Of a stretch of 5,359 nt of DNA, positions 1 through 5,359 are shown piece by piece. Within the stretch, counting starts at the first letter, position 1. Each line of letters starts with the position of its first letter. The notes under the pieces were generated by a model. The model made no database searches. It was given only the letters and a program-made list of their open reading frames with translations, and was not told where the DNA came from. This DNA comes from Promethearchaeota archaeon. Its GTDB lineage: Archaea; Asgardarchaeota; Thorarchaeia; Thorarchaeales; Thorarchaeaceae. The stretch is taken from contig JALVPN010000128.1 in the NCBI GenBank assembly GCA_027031765.1, positions 1-5,359 of the forward strand, given 5' to 3'. The translations under genes were made by a program, and so were the position numbers.

Positions 1-70
1 TACGTGTCATGTACACAACTGTACACGTGGTTGCAATGAAGTGGACTCCGACCGCATGGAGCGAGTTCTG

Positions 71-1339
71 ATGGCGGGAAAGAATGGGTATGCGTTTGCA
101 GCCTGGACTGACTTCATTCAGGAGTCGCAGATACGGGCGCTCCTGAAGTACAAGGTGAAGTACTACTTTGCAGGTGGCATGCCGGGGATTGTCCCGACCG
201 ACGTCTTTGCGCAGATACTGGCCGGGCTCAGTGAGCGGTACAAGCAGGACCCAAAGCTTGCACTTGAGGACCTGAACTATGGGCCGACAGGGGGTAAGTC
301 ATGGTTCCTCAAGACACTGGCCGAGCGGATGAGACGGGTGCGCAACATCCCCCTCGACAAGGAGGAGGGGTGGAAGTCGATGTCAATAACGAACGGGTCA
401 CAGCAGGCCCTGTACGCGCTCCTGGACACCATGATTGATCCCGGCGACGTCATCATCACGCCCTCCCCTGCATATCTCGGGTTCCTCGTCCCGGCGGTCA
501 AGCTCGATGCCAGACTGATAACGGTGCCCACAGACCTTCACGGGGTCATACCGGAGAATGTGGAGGACGCCATCCAGGTCTCGAAGGCCCAGTTCGGCAG
601 GACACCAGACATCCTGTACTTGGTACCTGACTCTGACAACCCGAAAGGTACGACACTGCCACAGAAGCGGCGTCAGCAGCTGTTCGACATATGTGAGAAC
701 CATGACGTGCTCTTGGTTGAAGACTCGGCCTATGCAGAGATCCAGTTCAAGCCCAACCCCAAGCCCATCAAGTCCCTTGACAAGGAGAACACAAGGGTTG
801 CATACCTAGGTACTACGAGCAAGGAGGCAGCAGTGCTACGGGTGGGCTACTCGGTGCTACCAGACAAGGTGCGCGAACAGGTGTTGAAAGACAAGGGCTA
901 CTTGGATCTGTGCACCTCAACGCTGGTACAGCGCATCCTCGACGAGTACTACAGGAACTACATCGATGAAGCGATGAGGCGCGGCGTGCCCCTGTACAGA
1001 CTGCGCTACGAGGCCATGGCGAAAGCGATTGACGAGTCGTTCCCGGCTGGCACACGCACGGATCCCACAGGTGGGTTCTTCATCTGGTGGCAGAGCGAGA
1101 AGCCCTTCGACAGTAGCAGGTTCATGGAAGAGGTCGCAATCCCAAATGACCTACTCTACGTACCGGGTGGGCCGTTCTACCCCATGAGGGGGTACTCCCT
1201 GTCCGATGATGGCAAGACACTTGTACGCAGCAAGCCCGAACGGAACACGATGCGACTCGGCTTCTCATATGTCGAGCCGAGACTGATCACAGAGGGCATA
1301 ACGAAGTTGGGTAGACTGCTCACTGAAGAGCTCGGGTGA
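71..1339 (+). CDS. PLP-dependent aminotransferase, class I/II (fold type I; LysN/2-aminoadipate or aromatic aminotransferase-like, no HTH domain)
   Basis: Motifs seen in translation: SQIRALLK..YFAGGMPG (cf. SxIRELLK..ISLAGGLP), ITNGSQQAL, PAYLG, VPDSDNPKG (NPxG), LVEDSAY (D-x-x-Y), YLGTTSK with the putative PLP lysine at nt 821-823, LRVGY, GGFFIW, and NTMRLGFS (substrate-binding Arg). The ORF is open from GTG 41, with in-frame ATGs at 56 and 71. ATG 71 best matches the usual N-terminal length and has a weak GGAG upstream; the start is uncertain. Substrate cannot be assigned from sequence. Confidence 0.9.
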   Translation: MAGKNGYAFAAWTDFIQESQIRALLKYKVKYYFAGGMPGIVPTDVFAQILAGLSERYKQDPKLALEDLNYGPTGGKSWFLKTLAERMRRVRNIPLDKEEGWKSMSITNGSQQALYALLDTMIDPGDVIITPSPAYLGFLVPAVKLDARLITVPTDLHGVIPENVEDAIQVSKAQFGRTPDILYLVPDSDNPKGTTLPQKRRQQLFDICENHDVLLVEDSAYAEIQFKPNPKPIKSLDKENTRVAYLGTTSKEAAVLRVGYSVLPDKVREQVLKDKGYLDLCTSTLVQRILDEYYRNYIDEAMRRGVPLYRLRYEAMAKAIDESFPAGTRTDPTGGFFIWWQSEKPFDSSRFMEEVAIPNDLLYVPGGPFYPMRGYSLSDDGKTLVRSKPERNTMRLGFSYVEPRLITEGITKLGRLLTEELG

Positions 1340-1416
1340 CTGACCGGGCACCACAGAAGGACATTGCAGCGGGCCGTAGCACACCATGCTCGTACGTAGT
1401 GTACCATACACCACAC

Positions 1417-1440
1417 GTGGCGGGCCTACTGCCCGCCCAC
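1417..1440. terminator. GC-rich hairpin between the convergent aminotransferase and bshC
   Basis: GGCGGGC (1419-1425) pairs with GCCCGCC (1431-1437) around a 5-nt loop, plus 2 further pairs after a bulge. There is no U-tract on either strand, so terminator function is uncertain. Confidence 0.3.
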
Positions 1441-1452
1441 CTGCAACCCAGC

Positions 1453-3174
1453 TCACACAATGAAGTTCACAAACAGCAGGGCACCATTCTTCAGCTGGGG
1501 GACGTATGCCCTCATGTAGGGACCGAACAGGTCACGCAGACTTGCATTGATAGCCCACTCGACCCAGCACCACGAGGACTCTTGGCCGAGCTTGCCGCTG
1601 GCAAACTGACCAAAGGTCCAACTGAGGTACCGTTCAATGCCAAGACGAAGCGATGTCAGGTCGGGGTCCCGGTGGGCCTTCTTCGCACGGACCTCCCTGA
1701 CCGTGTCAGCGAGCATATCGTTGAGCGCCCTGTGTACGTCCAGCAGCAGGGAGCGTGTGTCGGCAAGGGCGGTGTTCATCTCGTCCCAGCGGCCCGTCTT
1801 GCGTGCCTTGGTCGCCGCCCCGACGAGTCTGAACAGGTCCGGACTGTGGAGGACCCTTGTGCCACGCCCGGCCAGTGTACGGGCCAAGGCCTCATTCCAG
1901 GGCGTATTGAAGTACACACGGGGGTACTTCACAAAGACTGGGAAGGGCACGCCCATGGACCTTGCTGCTGGGATGACCTGTGCGTAGTATGCGGTCTCAC
2001 CAGGTCCCCCAACGTGTACGCTCACCGGCAAGACCATGTCGATGGCGAACTGTCGTGAGTCGACCCTGGGCGAGATGTACTGGGCCACATCCGAGAGGTC
2101 GGGGTCCCGGGCTGAGACCTCGATTGTCACACGGCCACCACACGACGGACAAGAGCCCTCCAGCACTGCCATGCTATCAGACCCGCGGTACGACAGTTCC
2201 GTCCTCGCACAATGGCATCCCGGCTCCTGACACTCATAGAAGAACGGCACGTAGTCAGGACGACGCCGTCCAATGCCCGGGGACATCCCCGCGTCGATGA
2301 CCATGTCCGTAGCAGCCGAGTGCCCCTCAAGGAACCGGATGCGGTTGTCACGCTGGAGGAGGTACGCCATACCGGAGGCCATCATCTCGCGCATGTCAGG
2401 GTCAGACGCAGTGAGGATGGGGATCCCAAGGTCGCCCTCGACATTGAACAGTCGGGCCCATATGCGCAGCGACCACTCACCCAGTGTGGACGAGTTGACG
2501 AACGCATGCCTGACGATACTAAGGGCGTGTTCAAGGCGTTCTTCGAAGACTGTACGCTCTGTGCCCTGCATGCCGTGGAACAACGCTCTGTAGCCTGTAC
2601 GTATGCCGTCCTCGACGCCGCGGTACCACTCGTAGTCTGGGAGGGGCAGCACACGCACTGGCGAGAAGGAGTACTCTGTCGGCACTGGGACACTGATGAG
2701 GTTGCCGCCGCTGCCCATCAGTGGCGTGCGGGTGTTCACGAGCTCGCTCTGTACAGTGTCGTAGTCCGCTGCAAAGAAGAATGGTACGAGGGGCTGGTCT
2801 GTTTCACGGGCCATGCAGGCGATAACAGAGGCGCACACAGCCTTGTTCAGGACAAAGCACGGGCCCCCCATCGCGACCGTCTGGTGTGCAGCCTCGACAG
2901 CACCGAGGCCTATCCCCTCGATGTTCTTCAGGACGCGGGGTGTCAGAGCTGAGAGGGCACGGTTCGTCCTCCGCAGGGCCCTCTTTAGCCCCGAGAGCCG
3001 GGCACCCGTGTGCCACCCCTCGGTACGGTACCGTGTGATGACCTCTCTCGCGCGCTCGGCAGCCAGTCCGAGTGACACGGGTGGTGTGTCGTACAGTCGC
3101 TCTGCGAGTGCGGCCATATTGCCATCCCATATGAAGGCGTCATAGACAGTCCCCACGCTGGTCTGCCTTGCCAT
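1453..3174 (-). CDS. bshC: Bacillithiol biosynthesis cysteine-adding enzyme BshC homolog (divergent, with a Cys-rich insertion)
   Basis: ~573 aa. AVEAAHQTVAMGGPCFVLNKAV matches BshC VVTGQQxGLFxGPLYxIYKA; PLVPFFFAADYD matches PVVPVFWxAxEDHD; ISPRVDSRQFAIDMVLPVSVHVGGPGETAYYAQ..PFPV matches SPNVxLRPLxQxxxLPxxAYVGGPGExAYxAQ..PMP; the C-terminal helical region and GQES match xQER. It lies directly downstream of bshA. ATG 3174 is 6 nt from GGAGGTGA; the adjacent GTG 3177 is the alternative start. Confidence 0.85.
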   Translation of the reverse strand: MARQTSVGTVYDAFIWDGNMAALAERLYDTPPVSLGLAAERAREVITRYRTEGWHTGARLSGLKRALRRTNRALSALTPRVLKNIEGIGLGAVEAAHQTVAMGGPCFVLNKAVCASVIACMARETDQPLVPFFFAADYDTVQSELVNTRTPLMGSGGNLISVPVPTEYSFSPVRVLPLPDYEWYRGVEDGIRTGYRALFHGMQGTERTVFEERLEHALSIVRHAFVNSSTLGEWSLRIWARLFNVEGDLGIPILTASDPDMREMMASGMAYLLQRDNRIRFLEGHSAATDMVIDAGMSPGIGRRRPDYVPFFYECQEPGCHCARTELSYRGSDSMAVLEGSCPSCGGRVTIEVSARDPDLSDVAQYISPRVDSRQFAIDMVLPVSVHVGGPGETAYYAQVIPAARSMGVPFPVFVKYPRVYFNTPWNEALARTLAGRGTRVLHSPDLFRLVGAATKARKTGRWDEMNTALADTRSLLLDVHRALNDMLADTVREVRAKKAHRDPDLTSLRLGIERYLSWTFGQFASGKLGQESSWCWVEWAINASLRDLFGPYMRAYVPQLKNGALLFVNFIV

Positions 3175-3180
3175 CACCTG

Positions 3181-3188
3181 TCACCTCC
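3181..3188 (-). promoter_or_regulatory. Shine-Dalgarno site for bshC (GGAGGTGA), overlapping the bshA TAG stop
   Basis: The minus strand reads TAG-GAGGTGA-CAG-GTG-ATG. GGAGGTGA is a perfect complement of the 16S rRNA 3' TCACCTCC. This supports bshA-bshC co-transcription and translational coupling. Confidence 0.85.
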
Positions 3189-4351
3189 TAACTCGCGACG
3201 ACCGACTCGAAGACCTGCTCGTACTCCCCGACCACACGGTCGGCAGAGAAGCGTTCGACCACACGGCGCCTGCCAGCCTCAGACAGACGGGCCCGCAAAT
3301 CCTCATCATCAACAAGGTCGAGGACTGCGGCGACGAGCTCGTCCTGTCCGAAGCCCTTGGTGACAACGCCGTCGACGCCCGGCCTGACGAGTTCTGTGAC
3401 CCCGCCTGCCGGAGTGGTGACCACTGGCAGGCCGCAGGCCATGGCCTCAAGGAGTACGAGGGGCATGCCCTCAAGGGTCGAGTTGAGTACGAACACGTCA
3501 GCGGCGCACATGATACCCTCCATGTTGCTACGCACTCCCAGCAGGTGCACGTTGTCACACAGGTCCAGACGTTCGACTGCACGTTCCACCTCGACCCTAG
3601 TAGGACCGTCCCCCACAATCACAAGGCGTGTATTGGGGCGGTGGTCAACAATGACACGCATTGCTTCCACGAGGCCGACCACACGCTTGACGCGCCTGAA
3701 GTTCGAGGCGTGGAGGAGGACGGCCTCGTCGGGGTCGATTGCTGCTGCGGGTGGGCGCGGACGGACGGACACGCAGCCGTTCTCGACTACGATACACATC
3801 TTCCTGCCAGGTGCGAACCTGTCAACATCGACGAAGTTGGGGATGACCCGGATCTCGCGCCTGACACCGAGGTCTCGGGCCGCACGCTGTCTGAGGAACT
3901 CGGTGACAGAGGTGACTGCGTCAGCTGCCTCGACGACGTGACGCACGACTGGCCTGTAGGCTGGGTCGAGGCCAAGGGTGTGGACATCAGAGCCATGAAG
4001 AGTGACAACGTATGGGAGGCCTGCAATCTCCCGGGCGAGAAAGGCGGAAACAGCATGGGGGATGGCATAGTGCGAGTGCACGATGTCGAGGCCCGGGTCA
4101 TGCGCGCACTTCACAATCTTGGAGGCGAGGGCCATGGTGTATGGGGGGCCGGTGTCGCAGAATAGAGGGTAGTCGATGGTGTCCACGAGGTCGACGTGGA
4201 CGCCGGGTGTCTGTTCCCACATGAGTGAGAAGGGGCGCTGGTACGTGATGAAGTGAACTGTGTGTCCCCTCTCAGCCAGGTGTTGTCCGAGACGTGTAGC
4301 AAGATACCCCGAGCCGCCCACAGTGGGGTAGAGGTTGATTCCAATCCTCAA
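3188..4351 (-). CDS. bshA: N-acetyl-alpha-D-glucosaminyl L-malate synthase BshA (GT4 glycosyltransferase)
   Basis: 387 aa, TTG start. MRIGINLYPTVGGSGYLATRLGQHLAERGHTVHFIT matches BshA [36 protein letters not shown]. Also PPYTMALASKI, DIVHSHYAIPHAVSAFLA, TLHGSD, PNFVD, PDEAVLLHASNFRRVKRV, and the GT4 E-x7-E motif (EGMPLVLLEAMACG). Adjacent to bshC. Confidence 0.92.
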   Translation of the reverse strand: MRIGINLYPTVGGSGYLATRLGQHLAERGHTVHFITYQRPFSLMWEQTPGVHVDLVDTIDYPLFCDTGPPYTMALASKIVKCAHDPGLDIVHSHYAIPHAVSAFLAREIAGLPYVVTLHGSDVHTLGLDPAYRPVVRHVVEAADAVTSVTEFLRQRAARDLGVRREIRVIPNFVDVDRFAPGRKMCIVVENGCVSVRPRPPAAAIDPDEAVLLHASNFRRVKRVVGLVEAMRVIVDHRPNTRLVIVGDGPTRVEVERAVERLDLCDNVHLLGVRSNMEGIMCAADVFVLNSTLEGMPLVLLEAMACGLPVVTTPAGGVTELVRPGVDGVVTKGFGQDELVAAVLDLVDDEDLRARLSEAGRRRVVERFSADRVVGEYEQVFESVVAS

Positions 4352-4385
4352 TCACTGCACCGTATCAGTGTAGGCCTGAGAGCCT

Positions 4386-4396
4386 GCCTTTAAGGC
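4386..4396. promoter_or_regulatory. Palindromic TATA-like box (GCCTT-T-AAGGC) in the divergent bshA/bshB intergenic region
   Basis: One of only two AT-rich cores in 4352-4505. It reads CTTAAAG on the minus strand, about 38 nt upstream of the bshA TTG, which fits an archaeal TATA box plus a short leader. It reads TTTAAG on the plus strand. No clear BRE is visible. Confidence 0.4.
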
Positions 4397-4505
4397 CGAT
4401 GGTCGGGGTCAAGACCGTCATACAGTAGTGTCACGAATAGTGCCAACACTTTTTTTTCGGGGGACTCTGCACTACCCGTGGGAGACCAGACGAGGAACAG
4501 GAACA

Positions 4506-5177
4506 ATGACAGGAACAGATGGACAGTGCGTGCTTGTGGTGACGGCCCATCCGGATGATGAGTGTCTTGGTGCAGGGGGGACAATAGCAGCGCATGTGGA
4601 CCGTGGTGTTGTGGTCGACGTGGTGTGTCTCACTGGCAGTCCGGAGAGGAACCGTGAGCTGAGAGAGGCCTGCAGGAGGCTCGGAGTACGCAGTGTCAGG
4701 GTCAGTGAGAGGGGCGACTTCGACCTCGGGCCATCTCTGATACCCGAAGTGGTCAGCGCCCTCCTAGAGATGAGGCCTGCCGCAGTTATCACCCATTCCG
4801 AAGTCGACTACAACAGGGCCCACGTGGAGTGCGCACGCATTGTGAGTGAGGCGGCGGAGTGGGCCGCTCATGTCACAGTGCATGGAGAGAGTGCCCACAG
4901 GGTACAGCACATCTATGAGATGGAGGTCAACTCCATGTTCTCATGCCCACATGTGCTGGTTGACACTACAGACTCCTTCGAGAGGGCGCTCAGCGCACTC
5001 ACTGCACACAGGTCACAACTGGAGAAAGCGGGTGGCTACTACCGGCGACTGTTCGATGCAAAGACCCGCCTGCGTGGAGTCCAGGCTGCGTGTGAGCGGG
5101 CTGAGGCGTTCATGGTCCGCCGACTCGGGCACGCTGGGCCCTTCTACGCGGAGAACAGTGTGGGGCTTCTGGTATGA
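4506..5177 (+). CDS. bshB: PIG-L/LmbE-family Zn-dependent deacetylase; probable GlcNAc-malate deacetylase (BshB-like)
   Basis: VLVVTAHPDDECLGAGGTIA (Zn motif H-P-D-D at nt 4548-4559), VCLT, R-x-x-E-x-x-x-A-x-x-x-LG, RPAAVITH, second motif DYNRAH (normally DxHPDH), HRSQL (YxSQ), and RGVQAACERAEAF (cf. BshB1 RGxxxGxxYAEGF). The family call is strong; the BshB role rests on gene context. ATG 4506 (223 aa) is preferred over the track's GTG 4428 because the extra 26 aa do not resemble the family. Confidence 0.8.
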   Translation: MTGTDGQCVLVVTAHPDDECLGAGGTIAAHVDRGVVVDVVCLTGSPERNRELREACRRLGVRSVRVSERGDFDLGPSLIPEVVSALLEMRPAAVITHSEVDYNRAHVECARIVSEAAEWAAHVTVHGESAHRVQHIYEMEVNSMFSCPHVLVDTTDSFERALSALTAHRSQLEKAGGYYRRLFDAKTRLRGVQAACERAEAFMVRRLGHAGPFYAENSVGLLV

Positions 5178-5188
5178 TACTGGCAGCA

Positions 5189-5207
5189 TGGACGGCCACG
5201 TCGTCCA
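5189..5207. terminator. Hairpin just after the bshB stop, between convergent genes
   Basis: TGGACGGC (5189-5196) pairs with GTCGTCCA (5200-5207): 8 bp with one G-U and a 3-nt loop. No U-tract. Confidence 0.25.
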
Positions 5208-5270
5208 CAGTGTGAGAATGCGTACGAAAGGGAGGCACGTGACGTGTGGCGGGACGTAGGAGACTACTGT

Positions 5271-5359
5271 TCACTCACCGGCCTCGGCCTTTCTGCGCCG
5301 CGCCTCGAGCAGGGCCTTGAGCTCGTCCATCATGGTACCACGCGATGTGGCTGGTGCTG
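5271..5359 (-). CDS. 3' end of a gene truncated by the window edge; C-terminus ...[28 protein letters not shown]
   Basis: The minus-strand frame starting at 5357 is open from the window edge to TGA at 5273-5271. It has the same G/C-ending codon bias as the real genes (GAC GAG CTC AAG GCC CTG CTC GAG GCG) and encodes a plausible amphipathic helix. It is convergent with bshB across a 93-nt gap and is not in the ORF track. Confidence 0.6.
   Translation of the reverse strand, partial: [28 protein letters not shown]

Noticed and set aside
277-1456. Small ORFs overlapping the aminotransferase (277-531, 398-703, 558-809, 813-1055, 1177-1416, 1265-1456)
   Set aside because: All overlap a strongly supported CDS and show no motifs.
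1336-2058. 240-aa + strand ORF whose GTG overlaps the aminotransferase TGA (GTGA), mimicking translational coupling
   Set aside because: Mostly antisense to bshC in the same codon register, as expected for a shadow ORF in GC3-rich DNA; no recognisable motifs.
2212-2952. 246-aa + strand ORF
   Set aside because: Same-register antisense shadow of bshC with no family signal.
3181-3618. 145-aa minus-strand ORF in an alternative frame over the bshA 3' end
   Set aside because: Out-of-frame overlap with bshA; Ser/Arg/Cys-rich composition typical of spurious frames.
3357-4165. 194-aa and 206-aa + strand ORFs
   Set aside because: Fully antisense to the well-supported bshA; shadow-like, low-complexity composition.
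1453-4351. Alternative reading as mycothiol (mshA/mshC) or cell-envelope glycosylation genes
   Set aside because: The GT has BshA-specific signatures (YPxVGGSG, HYAIPHA, SNFRxVKR), and the ligase has BshC motifs without the HIGH/KMSKS motifs of the CysRS-like MshC.
4428-4505. 26-aa N-terminal extension of BshB from GTG 4428
   Set aside because: Not family-like and crosses the T8 tract; ATG 4506 has a GAGG upstream and gives a normal N-terminus.
4493-4517. Three (A)GGAACA copies around the bshB start
   Set aside because: Short, irregularly spaced and partly coding; not an array and no function is supportable.
1-5359. Search for tRNA, rRNA, CRISPR arrays, IS ends or integrase/transposase genes
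   Set aside because: No cloverleaf, regularly spaced repeats, terminal inverted repeats or mobile-element ORFs were seen by eye.

Overview
GC-rich (~60% by eye) prokaryotic window, probably archaeal. That assignment is an inference from a GGAGGTGA ribosome-binding site, a TATA-like box, TTG/GTG starts and a Thermococcales-like aminotransferase; an Asgard-type host is possible but unproven. It holds four complete genes and one partial gene: a class I/II PLP aminotransferase (+), a bshA-bshC pair (-), a divergently transcribed PIG-L-family deacetylase that is the likely bshB (+), and the last 28 codons of a convergent gene (-). The main signal is a compact, complete set of bacillithiol (BSH)-type biosynthesis homologs. 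All three enzymes deviate from the Bacillus/Staphylococcus versions as I recall them: BshC has a Cys-rich putative Zn-ribbon insertion and altered core motifs, BshB has NRAH in place of HPDH, and BshA has a C-x6-C insertion. The truncated gene ends in a helix resembling the Ena/VASP F-actin-binding motif. All family comparisons are from memory of consensus motifs, not from database searches.
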